From NCBI GenBank assembly GCA_043756275.1, contig JAYURJ010000227.1:208-64207 (forward strand): 64,000 nt of DNA. Reading direction: 5' to 3'. The notes beneath the pieces are model-generated. The model was not told the DNA's origin and searched no databases. It saw only the letters and a program-made list of their open reading frames with translations. The translations under genes and the position numbers were made by a program. This document shows, piece after piece, positions 20,528 to 29,632 of the stretch; position 1 is the first letter of the stretch; the number at the start of each line of letters is the position of its first letter. This DNA is from Betaproteobacteria bacterium. Its GTDB lineage: Bacteria > Pseudomonadota > Gammaproteobacteria > Burkholderiales > Usitatibacteraceae.

Positions 20528-21225
20528 TTGACGGTATTTTTATCCTGACCAAACAAGATTTTCTTTTGCGCTTCCGACATCACGGTTGGTGTTTCAAGGC
20601 GCACTTCCTTGGCACGTGCATACGCGCGTGTCGTCGCCGGACGCGCCTTGATAGTGGCGTGCCAGCGCGCCAGATGCGGGAAGTCATTCATGTCCTGTCC
20701 CTGATTCTGCGGAATGATCCAGGGATAGGAAGCCATATCGGCAATCGTGTACTTTTTACCGGTGATAAATGCGCGATCAGCCAGGCGCTTATTCAATACA
20801 CCGTACAAGCGCGACGTTTCTTTCACGTAGCGATCAATGGCGTAGGGAATTTTTTCCGGTGCGTAATTGTTGAAATGATGATTCTGTCCTGCCATGGGGC
20901 CTAAGCCGCCCATCTGCCACATCAGCCATTCAAGTGTTTCCACTTGCCCGCGCAAATCCCTGGCAATGAACTTGCCGGTCTTGCCGGCGAGATAAAGCAA
21001 AATCGCGCCGGACTCAAATACGCTGATCGGTTTTTTGCCGTCGAGCGGTGCGTGATCAATGATTGCAGGCATGCGATTGTTCGGCGAAAATTTCAGAAAG
21101 TCGGGATTGAATTGCTCGCCTGTGCCGATATTCACGCCCTTGAGCACATAAGGCAATTTTGTTTCTTCGAGGAACAGCGTGATCTTGTGGCCATTCGGGG
21201 TCGGCCAGTAATAAAGTTCAATCAT
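20524..21225 (-). CDS. Nu-class glutathione S-transferase / GSH-dependent disulfide reductase (YfcG-like)
   Basis: 233 aa. MIELYYWPTPNGHKITLFLEE...FSPNNRMPAIIDH...GQNHHF closely tracks E. coli YfcG as I remember it. Confidence 0.85.
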   Translation of the reverse strand: MIELYYWPTPNGHKITLFLEETKLPYVLKGVNIGTGEQFNPDFLKFSPNNRMPAIIDHAPLDGKKPISVFESGAILLYLAGKTGKFIARDLRGQVETLEWLMWQMGGLGPMAGQNHHFNNYAPEKIPYAIDRYVKETSRLYGVLNKRLADRAFITGKKYTIADMASYPWIIPQNQGQDMNDFPHLARWHATIKARPATTRAYARAKEVRLETPTVMSEAQKKILFGQDKNTVK

Positions 21226-21246
21226 TTATTTTTCCTCAAACCTTGG

Positions 21247-22335
21247 TCATTTGCCAAACGCGTTCACTGCCGCGCGCTTGTATTGATCGGGCCATTCTAG
21301 CGTGTCGCCCAGCGCTTGGGCCGCATGGCGTGGCCAGTAGGGATCGCGTAGCAAGGCGCGCGCAAGGAACACGCAATCGGCGTCCCCATCGGCGATGATT
21401 TGTTCGGCTTGCACCGGCTCGGTGATCAATCCAACCGCACCAGTGGCGATGTCAGCGCCCGCACGGATGGTGCGAGAAAACGGCACCTGATAGCCGGGGC
21501 GAATCGTCATCTTGGCATCATGCACATTGCCGCCAGATGAAACATCAATCAGATCGATGCCAAGCGCTTTGGCACGTTTGCAAAATTCAATCGACTGCTG
21601 CACATCCCAACCACCTTCTTTCCAGTCGCTTGCTGAAATTCGCAGCATCACGGGCAGATGCGCTGGCCAGACTTTACGAACCGCGTCGCAGACCTGAAGC
21701 GGAAAGCGCATGCGATTTTCCAGCGAACCGCCGTATTCATCGGTTCGCAAATTGGATAGCGGCGACAAGAATTCGTGGATCAAATAACCATGCGCACCAT
21801 GAATTTCCAGCACCTCGAAACCGGCTACCAATGAACGTTTGGCGGCGGCGAGAAAGGCCTCCACCGTCTCGCCGATTTCAACAATCGTCATCTGTCGCGG
21901 CACGGGATAGCTCGATGAAAATGGCAGATCGGCCGGGCCAACCACCGGCCAGCCACCTGCGCCGAGCGCGACAGCACCATGGCCGCGCCAAGGCGAAAAC
22001 GTGGAGGCCTTACGACCGGCATGCGCCAACTGGATCGCGGGTACTGCGCCCTGCGCCTTGATGAACGCGGCAATGGGGCGCCAGCCATCTGCGTGGGCAT
22101 CCGACCAGATACCTGCGTCTTCAGGCGAAATTCGGCCCCCAGGCGTCACCGATGCGGCCTCGGTCATCACCATCGCAGCACCACCGACGGCGCGCGACCC
22201 CAGATGCACCATGTGCCATTCGTTGGGCATGCCGTCTTTGCTGCTGTACTGGCACATCGGTGACACAAAAACACGGTTCCTGAACGTCAGCTCGCGCAGC
22301 GTGAAGGGCGAAAATAATTGGGACATGGAGGTCAA
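21247..22335 (-). CDS. NADH:flavin oxidoreductase (Old Yellow Enzyme, YqjM/NamA-like)
   Basis: 362 aa. The N-terminus LFSPFTLRELTFRNRVFVSPMCQYS and the TIM-barrel FMN signature GFEVLEIHGAHGYL support the call. Confidence 0.88.
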   Translation of the reverse strand: MTSMSQLFSPFTLRELTFRNRVFVSPMCQYSSKDGMPNEWHMVHLGSRAVGGAAMVMTEAASVTPGGRISPEDAGIWSDAHADGWRPIAAFIKAQGAVPAIQLAHAGRKASTFSPWRGHGAVALGAGGWPVVGPADLPFSSSYPVPRQMTIVEIGETVEAFLAAAKRSLVAGFEVLEIHGAHGYLIHEFLSPLSNLRTDEYGGSLENRMRFPLQVCDAVRKVWPAHLPVMLRISASDWKEGGWDVQQSIEFCKRAKALGIDLIDVSSGGNVHDAKMTIRPGYQVPFSRTIRAGADIATGAVGLITEPVQAEQIIADGDADCVFLARALLRDPYWPRHAAQALGDTLEWPDQYKRAAVNAFGK

Positions 22336-22424
22336 TGGTTTCGATAAGTTGGGAGAGGAGATTCTAGATCAGCAATCAGCGACAATAGCGTATCCATCGG
22401 AACAATCGTCGTGATGCAAATAGC

Positions 22425-23519
22425 ATGAAATCTTTGATCATTCGCGCCGGTCCGCGCGCGCTGCAGCACATGCGCGAACACGGGCTACGACCTAACGACA
22501 TCGACATCGTACCCGGTGCAGCAGGCGGCCCTAAAGGCTTGGGGCTCGCACGCCTCGACGAATATTTGTTTGCCGACTGGCTGCCCTCGGGCTTTGCCAC
22601 CCGCGCCAAGCCGATCAAATTAATCGGCGCATCGATCGGAGCCTGGCGCTTTGCGGCGGTCTGCCGCAGCGACCCGCGCGAGGCGCTCGCCGCATTGACC
22701 AAGGCCTACAGCGAGCAGAAATATCCGAAAAAAGTCGATGCGAAATTTGTGTCGGCGTATGCGCGCGACTTGACTGATTCGCTATTCGACGGGCGCGAGG
22801 AGCAATTGCTGTCCAACCCGCATTACCAATTGAACGTGCTGGTCGTGCGCGGCAAGGGGATTTTGCATCGCGAGGCACGCGGTCGCACACATGCCGGCTT
22901 TGCGCTTGCCGCACTGGCCAACGCAGTGGGCCGACCACATCTGAGGCACTTTCTGGATCGCGTCTGGTTCTACGCGGACCGGCAAAACACCGGTATTGGA
23001 TTACCTGCTGATGACGGCCAGTCGATTGATCGTTTCCACACCCATTACGTCAAGCTCACTGCGGCAAATTTCGGCGATGCGCTGATCGCTTCGGGTTCCA
23101 TTCCACTGGTGTTGCAAGGGGTGCCGCAGATCGCCGATGCGCCGCCGGGCACGTTCTGGGACGGCGGCATCATCGACTACCATTTGCATCTGCCTTACCA
23201 CCGCACGCCGGGGCTGGTGCTGTATCCGCACTTCACCGACAAGATTGTCCCCGGCTGGCTGGACAAAATGTTGCCTTGGCGGAAAGCGCAGGGACCGTGG
23301 CTGGACAACATGATCCTGCTATCACCGACGCGCGAATATCTCGATTCGCTGCCGCATCGCAAACTCCCTGACCGCAATGACTTCAAGCGATTTATCGACG
23401 ACTACGACGGTCGTCTGCGCTACTGGCAACGCGCGATGGCAGAAAGTGCGCGGCTGCGGGATGAATTTGCAGCGCTGGTGGCGAGCGGGCGCATTGCCGA
23501 TGAGGTATTGCCGCTATAA
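22425..23519 (+). CDS. patatin-like phospholipase family protein
   Basis: 364 aa with a Gly-rich oxyanion motif (GAAGGPKG), the nucleophile GASIGA (GxSxG), and the DGG Asp of the dyad (FWDGGIIDY). Confidence 0.75.
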   Translation: MKSLIIRAGPRALQHMREHGLRPNDIDIVPGAAGGPKGLGLARLDEYLFADWLPSGFATRAKPIKLIGASIGAWRFAAVCRSDPREALAALTKAYSEQKYPKKVDAKFVSAYARDLTDSLFDGREEQLLSNPHYQLNVLVVRGKGILHREARGRTHAGFALAALANAVGRPHLRHFLDRVWFYADRQNTGIGLPADDGQSIDRFHTHYVKLTAANFGDALIASGSIPLVLQGVPQIADAPPGTFWDGGIIDYHLHLPYHRTPGLVLYPHFTDKIVPGWLDKMLPWRKAQGPWLDNMILLSPTREYLDSLPHRKLPDRNDFKRFIDDYDGRLRYWQRAMAESARLRDEFAALVASGRIADEVLPL

Positions 23520-23674
23520 CTGCGGCGCAGTATACGATGCACATGAAGAATGACCGCCACACTGGGGTTTCGTCTGCCAAATCCTGCATTTCGTCACCTC
23601 CCGCTACAATGCGATGGGCTGCTTCGTGAGCCACATTGCGCCGTTGGAAATTTTATTAGCGTCAGCAGGAACCT

Positions 23675-25030
23675 ATGCAGCCAGTCAGATTATTAATCCC
23701 GTTGGTGTTGTTGGTGCTTGCCGGTTGCGCCGGCATCAACGGCGAAAAACGCCATACGCCAAGAGAAATCGCCGCCTATCAGCCGCAGGACTTTATCGCG
23801 CCCATCGCCTCGGCCGAAGGTGAACGCGTTGCTGTTGCGGAACGCAGCGAGAAAATTCGTTTGGCACTTGAAGAACGTATCCCACCGCCAGACGCCGCCA
23901 TTGGCGATGAAGACAATGGTGCGCCGGGCGCGTTATGGGCGATCGCTTTTCTCAATGCGGACCGCTCGCAGGGCCTGCATATTTTGCAACGTGCACTTGT
24001 CGATCTCGAGCACAGACCGGTGGACTTTCAGCGCGCGGTGCTGTCGGCGGCCTACGCCATGTACGCGATTGAGTCGGCGACAACGCTGCTGCAGTTGCTT
24101 GACCGCATTGCGACCCCGCGCGAATTCGCCATCGCTGCCTACGCAGTTCTCAAGGCCAATGATGCGCCGGACACACGTGCACTGCTGCGCGCGAAGCTAA
24201 GCATGCGCTTTCCTGATTGGCCCAATGAACCACGCCTGATCGCACTCGACCATATGCTCAGCACTGATCTCATCAATGAGCGCACCACACGACCGCCAAT
24301 GGTCGATCTGCTTGCTGCGCCGCTGCGTCCCGGACTGCCGGTGGTGTTCAGCTTCCAGCGACCAGATCGCACGCGCGTCGGTTTGGCGATGGTGCGCGGC
24401 GAGGACGGCCGGTTTGTACGCAATGCCGACGGCAGCTATTTCAATATCGCGCACCTCGCATTGGCGCTAAGCAATCTGCCCGGTACCATCACCAATGGCA
24501 ATACACCGCAAGGCTTGTTCACGATTGTCGGTGCGGGCACCGCCACCAATAAATGGATCGGCCCCACGCCCTACCTGCATGCCAAGATTCCAAAGGAAGC
24601 CACCGTGGCTGAGTATGAACACACCAACGTGGACGGGGATTGGAGCGAGACACGCTACGCAAATTTTTTGCCCCCAACGTGGCGAAATTATTTTCCATTC
24701 AAAGAAGCGTGGCTCGCGGGTCTGGCCGGACGCAACGACATGCTGCTGCATGGCACCACCATCAATCCCGAGTACTACCGCAACAATCCTTACTATCCGG
24801 GCACGCCTTCGGCTGGCTGCCTGGTCGCGATGGAGTACTGGTCAAAATCCGATGGCAGGCTCATGCACAGCGATCAACTCACGCTGGCCAAAGCCTTCAC
24901 CGCTGGCGGCAATGATCACGGATACCTTGTCGTTGTTGAACTTGACGACCGCGCGGTGCCGATTGTGCTGGCCGATGTGGTGCTGGATGTGATGGCCGCA
25001 GAGGCACGCGTTGGGCCAGGCCGCCGCTGA
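23675..25030 (+). CDS. hypothetical lipoprotein with a possible YkuD (L,D-transpeptidase)-like C-terminal signature
   Basis: 451 aa with the lipobox LLVLAGC. Near the C-terminus is LLHGTT-x17-SAGCLV, resembling the YkuD H...S-x-GC motif. Confidence 0.55.
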   Translation: MQPVRLLIPLVLLVLAGCAGINGEKRHTPREIAAYQPQDFIAPIASAEGERVAVAERSEKIRLALEERIPPPDAAIGDEDNGAPGALWAIAFLNADRSQGLHILQRALVDLEHRPVDFQRAVLSAAYAMYAIESATTLLQLLDRIATPREFAIAAYAVLKANDAPDTRALLRAKLSMRFPDWPNEPRLIALDHMLSTDLINERTTRPPMVDLLAAPLRPGLPVVFSFQRPDRTRVGLAMVRGEDGRFVRNADGSYFNIAHLALALSNLPGTITNGNTPQGLFTIVGAGTATNKWIGPTPYLHAKIPKEATVAEYEHTNVDGDWSETRYANFLPPTWRNYFPFKEAWLAGLAGRNDMLLHGTTINPEYYRNNPYYPGTPSAGCLVAMEYWSKSDGRLMHSDQLTLAKAFTAGGNDHGYLVVVELDDRAVPIVLADVVLDVMAAEARVGPGRR

Positions 25031-25087
25031 ATCTATCGTCTGCAGGTTTGCGTATATGTGGTGGCGCGAACGCGTGCCAAACCATTA

Positions 25088-25555
25088 ATGCAACTCACGG
25101 AGACCTGCCATGAAAAAATAATCGCCGCAACGATTTTAAGTGTGTTCGCCACTGCTGCAACGGCGGCAGATGGGTTGATCGAAATGAAAAGTGCGCATAG
25201 TGCCGCCGAGACCGGCTCCCGTTTGGTAGCCGCCATTGAAGCCCGCAAGCTCACATTATTCGCGCGCGTTGATCACGCGGCAGGTGCCAAAAAAATCGAC
25301 AAAACGCTGCGGCCAACCGAAGTATTTATTTTCGGCAACCCCAACGGCGGAACACCTTTGATGGAATGCGCGCAATCGATGGGAATAGATTTGCCACTCA
25401 AAATGCTGGTCTGGCAAACAGCAGATGGCAGCGTCATGCTCGGCTACAACGACCCTGCGTGGCTCGCGAAACGTCACGGTACCGTGTGCGAACAGCCGGT
25501 GGGTAATATTTCAAAAGCGTTGGATGGCATGGCCAAGGCAGTCGTTGCGCCCTGA
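25088..25555 (+). CDS. DUF302 domain-containing periplasmic protein (start uncertain, see finding)
   Basis: The DUF302 core reads FARVDHAAGAKKID...VFIFGNPNGGTPLM...PLKMLVW. The in-frame ATG 25088 has no RBS, and the RBS-bearing ATG 25110 is out of frame. Confidence 0.7.
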   Translation: MQLTETCHEKIIAATILSVFATAATAADGLIEMKSAHSAAETGSRLVAAIEARKLTLFARVDHAAGAKKIDKTLRPTEVFIFGNPNGGTPLMECAQSMGIDLPLKMLVWQTADGSVMLGYNDPAWLAKRHGTVCEQPVGNISKALDGMAKAVVAP

Positions 25556-25587
25556 ATTTTTATGCTTGGTCGCGGTGACGATCAAGC

Positions 25588-25644
25588 ATAGAGGCGGACC
25601 ATAGGCACAAAAACGCCTGAAAAGGCGCGCCAGCGCTAGTATTT
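25588..25644 (+). repeat. copy D of the ~65-bp intergenic repeat family
   Basis: Sequence GGCGGACC...AAAAACGCCTGAAAAGGCGCGCCAGCGCTAGTATTT. Its tail overlaps the mpl stop codon by 2 nt. Confidence 0.55.
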
Positions 25645-27016
25645 ACTTACCCTGCATCTCTCGCTGAGCCAAGGCAGCCAAAATTTTCCCATGCACGCCA
25701 CCAAAGCCGCCATTGCTCATCACCAGAATCTGGTCGCCCGGCTTTGACATCACCACGATGGCGTTGACCATCGCATCCAGATCTTCAAAAACACCCGTCT
25801 TGGTGCCGATGGATTCAAGCGATTTGGCGACATCCCATCCGAGGTCTTTGGCGTATACGAAAACCACATCTGCCAGCGCCAGGCTGATCGGCAGAGCGGC
25901 GCGCATGGTGCCCAGCTTCATGGTATTGGTGCGTGGTTCGAGGACGGCGAATATGCGCCTCTCGCCGACGCATTTCCGCAATCCAGCGAGAGTGGCATTG
26001 ATGGCGGTCGGGTGGTGTGCGAAGTCGTCATACACCGTGACACCGCCAATCTCGCCCTTGTTTTCCATGCGCCTCGCCACACCGGCAAATTCGTTGAGCG
26101 CGTCGATGGCCATTTTGGTGGGCACGCCTGCGTGTCGCGCGGCAGCAATAGCCGCCAGCGCGTTCATCGTGTTGTGCGTGCCCATCTGGTCCCACTCGAC
26201 CATGCCTTTGTCGACACCTTTGAAAATCACATTGAACTGCGTCTCTCTCTCGGCGCGTTTGAAATCCCACAACATACCCGGGCCGAATTCTTCCACGCTG
26301 CTCCAGCAACCCATTTGCAACGCGCGCTTCAGGTAATCATCCCGACCATTGCTGATGATGAGCCCATTGGCGGGAACCGTGCGCACCAGATGATGAAACT
26401 GCGTTTGAATCGCCTCTACATTGGGAAATATATCGGCGTGGTCGTGCTCGAGATTATTCAGAATCGCGGTGCGCGTGCGGTAGTGGACAAACTTGGAGCG
26501 CTTGTCGAAAAACGCCGTATCGTACTCGTCGGCTTCGATGACGAAAAACGGCGAATCGCCTTTGGGTGAACGTGCCGAAATACCAAAATTGGTTGGTACG
26601 CCGCCGATGAGAAATCCCGGCGCAAGACCGGCGTGTTCGAGTATCCACGCCAGCATCGCGCTGGTGCTGGTCTTGCCGTGTGTGCCTGCAACAGCAAGCA
26701 CCCATTTGCCTTGCAACACGTTTTCACCCAGCCATTGCGGACCGGAAATAGTGGGCAGGCCGCGATTCAGTATCTCTTCAACCACCGGCATGCCACGCGT
26801 CATGAAATTGCCGACCACGTATAAGTCGGCTTCGAACGCATCAACTTGTTCGGCATCGAACCCCTGATGCAGATGAATGCCCGCCGCTTCCAATTGCGTG
26901 GACATTGGCGGATAGACGTTTTCATCGCAGCCGGTGACCTTGTGCCCCGCTTCACGCGCGAGCACAGCGAGGCCACCCATGAAGGTGCCGCAGATACCGA
27001 GGATATGGATGTGCAT
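25643..27016 (-). CDS. mpl: UDP-N-acetylmuramate:L-alanyl-gamma-D-glutamyl-meso-diaminopimelate ligase
   Basis: From ATG 27016, MHIHILGICGTFMGGLAVLAREAGHKVTGCDENVYPPMS parallels E. coli Mpl. It has the Mur-ligase P-loop GTHGKTST. Confidence 0.9.
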   Translation of the reverse strand: MHIHILGICGTFMGGLAVLAREAGHKVTGCDENVYPPMSTQLEAAGIHLHQGFDAEQVDAFEADLYVVGNFMTRGMPVVEEILNRGLPTISGPQWLGENVLQGKWVLAVAGTHGKTSTSAMLAWILEHAGLAPGFLIGGVPTNFGISARSPKGDSPFFVIEADEYDTAFFDKRSKFVHYRTRTAILNNLEHDHADIFPNVEAIQTQFHHLVRTVPANGLIISNGRDDYLKRALQMGCWSSVEEFGPGMLWDFKRAERETQFNVIFKGVDKGMVEWDQMGTHNTMNALAAIAAARHAGVPTKMAIDALNEFAGVARRMENKGEIGGVTVYDDFAHHPTAINATLAGLRKCVGERRIFAVLEPRTNTMKLGTMRAALPISLALADVVFVYAKDLGWDVAKSLESIGTKTGVFEDLDAMVNAIVVMSKPGDQILVMSNGGFGGVHGKILAALAQREMQGK

Positions 27017-27207
27017 GCGGCGGTTCAAACTTCTGAGTACGGCGAATGAAGGGACAAATACATGGCAAATTTTATCATCGGGTCGCGCCGCTGCTGGTAG
27101 TGGAGACTGTCACGAGATTTTCAGGCATTGGGCGTAAACTTGATCACTCTTGAAACGACTCGCCCTGACCCACACCTAACAAGCTTAGCGGCTTCTAACT
27201 TATTAAT

Positions 27208-28518
27208 ATGGTTCCACATCTCACTACCTCTCTCACTGGCCCGCTTCTGGATCTGGAAAAGAAAATTCTCGATGCGCGCCCCGCGATTGAGCGCTGGTTC
27301 CGCACCAAGTGGATGACCGAGCGACCACCGTTTTATACCTCGGTGGATTTACGCAATTCCGGCTTCAAGCTGGCCCCGGTAGATACCAACCTGTTTCCCG
27401 GCGGCTTCAATAATCTGAATCCGGAATTCATGCCGTTATGCATTCAGGCGGCCATGTCGGCGGTGCAGCGAGTGTGTCCGGATAAACAGCGCATCCTGCT
27501 GATTCCTGAAAACCACACGCGTAACTTGTTTTATCTGACCAATGTCGCCGCGATCCAGAAAATTCTGATCGGTGCCGGGCTCGATGTGAGGATAGGCTCG
27601 CTGTTGCCCGAAATTACCGCGCCGACAGTGCTCGATTTGCCCAACGGCGATAAGCTCACACTAGAGCCCATTAAGCGCGTGGGCAACAAGCTGATGCTTG
27701 AAGGATTTGACCCCTGTGCGGTGCTATTGAATAACGATCTCTCTGCGGGTGTGCCGGAAATTCTGAAAGGCCTTTCGCAGCCGGTGGTGCCGCCATTGCA
27801 CGCAGGCTGGACGACACGCAGAAAGACCTTGCACTTTCACGCCTACGACAGCGTGGCCGAAGAATTCGCCAAGCTGATCGGTATCGACCCGTGGTTTATC
27901 AATCCGATTTTCAGCCAATGCGGCAAGGTGAATTTTTCAGCGCAGGAAGGCGAAGAGTGCCTCGCCGCCAATGTCGAAGCCGTGCTAGGCGAGATGAGTG
28001 TTAAGTACAAGGAATACGGCATCACCGAGAAGCCATTCGTGATCGTGAAAGCCGATGCCGGCACCTACGGCATGGGCATATTGACGGCACGCTCACCCGA
28101 CGATGTACGCGGGCTGAACCGCAAAGAGCGCAACAAGATGGCGGTCGTGAAGGAGGGCTTGGAAGTAAATGAGGTGATCATTCAGGAAGGCGTGCACACG
28201 CTGGAAAATCTGAACGGTGCGGTTGCCGAACCGGTGGTGTACATGATGGATGCGTTTGTGGTCGGTGGCTTTTATCGCGTCAACACAGAACGCGGTGTGG
28301 ACGAAAATCTGAATTCACGCGGGATGAGCTTCGTGCCGTTGGCGTTTGAAACCGACTGCCATTCCCCCGATTGTTCGGGCTGGCCGGATGCGCCGCCGAA
28401 TCGCTTTTACACCTATGGCGTGGTTGCAAGGTTGGCCATGCTGGCAGCCTCAAGGGAGCTGGAGAAGCTTGCGCCGGTTAAAGCGGAACTAGCGTCCATT
28501 GCCGTGGCAGCTGACTGA
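27208..28518 (+). CDS. gshA: glutamate--cysteine ligase (betaproteobacterial type)
   Basis: 436 aa. The N-terminus MVPHLTTSLTGPLLDLEKKILDARPAIERWF...LAPVDTNLFPGGFNNL matches remembered Ralstonia/Burkholderia GshA, and gshB follows directly. Confidence 0.85.
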   Translation: MVPHLTTSLTGPLLDLEKKILDARPAIERWFRTKWMTERPPFYTSVDLRNSGFKLAPVDTNLFPGGFNNLNPEFMPLCIQAAMSAVQRVCPDKQRILLIPENHTRNLFYLTNVAAIQKILIGAGLDVRIGSLLPEITAPTVLDLPNGDKLTLEPIKRVGNKLMLEGFDPCAVLLNNDLSAGVPEILKGLSQPVVPPLHAGWTTRRKTLHFHAYDSVAEEFAKLIGIDPWFINPIFSQCGKVNFSAQEGEECLAANVEAVLGEMSVKYKEYGITEKPFVIVKADAGTYGMGILTARSPDDVRGLNRKERNKMAVVKEGLEVNEVIIQEGVHTLENLNGAVAEPVVYMMDAFVVGGFYRVNTERGVDENLNSRGMSFVPLAFETDCHSPDCSGWPDAPPNRFYTYGVVARLAMLAASRELEKLAPVKAELASIAVAAD

Positions 28519-28530
28519 AATAGAAAAACC

Positions 28531-29478
28531 ATGCGCATAGCCTTCATCGTCGATCCGCTCGTTAAACTCAAAGCCTACAAGGATTCATCCGTCTTCATGA
28601 TGCGTGAGGCGGCTAAGCGCGGCCACGACGTATATGCGTTTGAAGCACGGCACGTTGTGCTCCTTGATGGCCGCGTGTTAGCGAAAGCTTCGCTGCTCAA
28701 GATGACCAATGACAACGATCATTGGCATCAAGTCGTCAGCGAAATTGAAATGCCGTTGTCGGGTTTAGACGCCGTGCTGATGCGAAAAGATCCACCGTTC
28801 GATGCGGAGTATTTGTACGCTACATTGCTGCTGAGCCTCGCCGAAGATCAAGGCGCGCGCGTTGTCAATCGCGCTGTGTCGCTGCGAAACTACAACGAGA
28901 AATTAGCCATCGCCAAGTTCGCACAATTTACCGTGCCGACGATGGTGACGAGCGATATGCTGCGTCTGCAGAGCTTTATCGATTCGCACAAAGACGTGAT
29001 CGTGAAAAAGCTCGACGGCATGGGCGGCACATCCATTTTTCGTGTGCGCGCCGACGATCCGAATCGCAATGCGATCATCGAAGTGCAAACCATCGACGGT
29101 AGTGTCTCTGTCATGGCGCAGCGCTACATTCCCGAGATCACCAAAGGCGATAAGCGCGTGCTCCTCATTGATGGCAACGTCGTGCCGTATTGCCTGGCAC
29201 GCATCCCAAAGGAAGGCGAAACGCGCGGCAACCTTGCCGCCGGTGGCCGCGGTGTCGCGCAACCAATATCGCCGCGTGATCGCGAAATCGCCCAGGCACT
29301 AGGCCCGCAACTCAAAGCCGATGGCCTCACCATTGTCGGCCTGGACATCATCGGTGACTACCTAACCGAAGTGAACGTGACCTCGCCGACTTGCATGGTG
29401 GAGATTTTTGATCAGGCAGGGTTCAATGTGGCTGCGTTGGTGATTGATGCGGTGGAGCGGAGTGCTGCTGCTGCGTAG
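28531..29478 (+). CDS. gshB: glutathione synthase
   Basis: 315 aa with an ATP-grasp fold. The prokaryotic GshB pattern includes MRKDPPFD, KKLDGMGG and NVTSPT. Confidence 0.92.
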   Translation: MRIAFIVDPLVKLKAYKDSSVFMMREAAKRGHDVYAFEARHVVLLDGRVLAKASLLKMTNDNDHWHQVVSEIEMPLSGLDAVLMRKDPPFDAEYLYATLLLSLAEDQGARVVNRAVSLRNYNEKLAIAKFAQFTVPTMVTSDMLRLQSFIDSHKDVIVKKLDGMGGTSIFRVRADDPNRNAIIEVQTIDGSVSVMAQRYIPEITKGDKRVLLIDGNVVPYCLARIPKEGETRGNLAAGGRGVAQPISPRDREIAQALGPQLKADGLTIVGLDIIGDYLTEVNVTSPTCMVEIFDQAGFNVAALVIDAVERSAAAA

Positions 29479-29504
29479 TTCGGCAAATTAAAGCGAAGAA
29501 CGCC

Positions 29505-29562
29505 ATTCGGTGCGCCTCGCGGGCACAAAATGCTCCGAACGCCTCGCCAGTGCTGGGCTTCA
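29505..29562 (+). repeat. copy F (diverged) of the ~65-bp intergenic repeat family
   Basis: The right end CCTCGCCAGTGCTGGGCTTCAAAAAATA aligns with CCGCACCAACGCTAGAGTTTGATAAAAAATA of copy A. The rest aligns only weakly. Confidence 0.4.
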
Positions 29563-29632
29563 AAAAATAGAAAAGTCGCTAAAGCCCGTATTCTTCATCC
29601 GAAGTCCAGTCGCGCCGTGCGATCAACCCACT

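Noticed and set aside
7140-29478. An apparent glutathione theme: kefC/kefF, a Nu-class GST, an Old Yellow Enzyme and gshA-gshB all within 22 kb.
   Set aside because: The genes are scattered over different strands and operons, with unrelated housekeeping genes between them. Each is a common core gene, so this is most likely coincidence and not a system.
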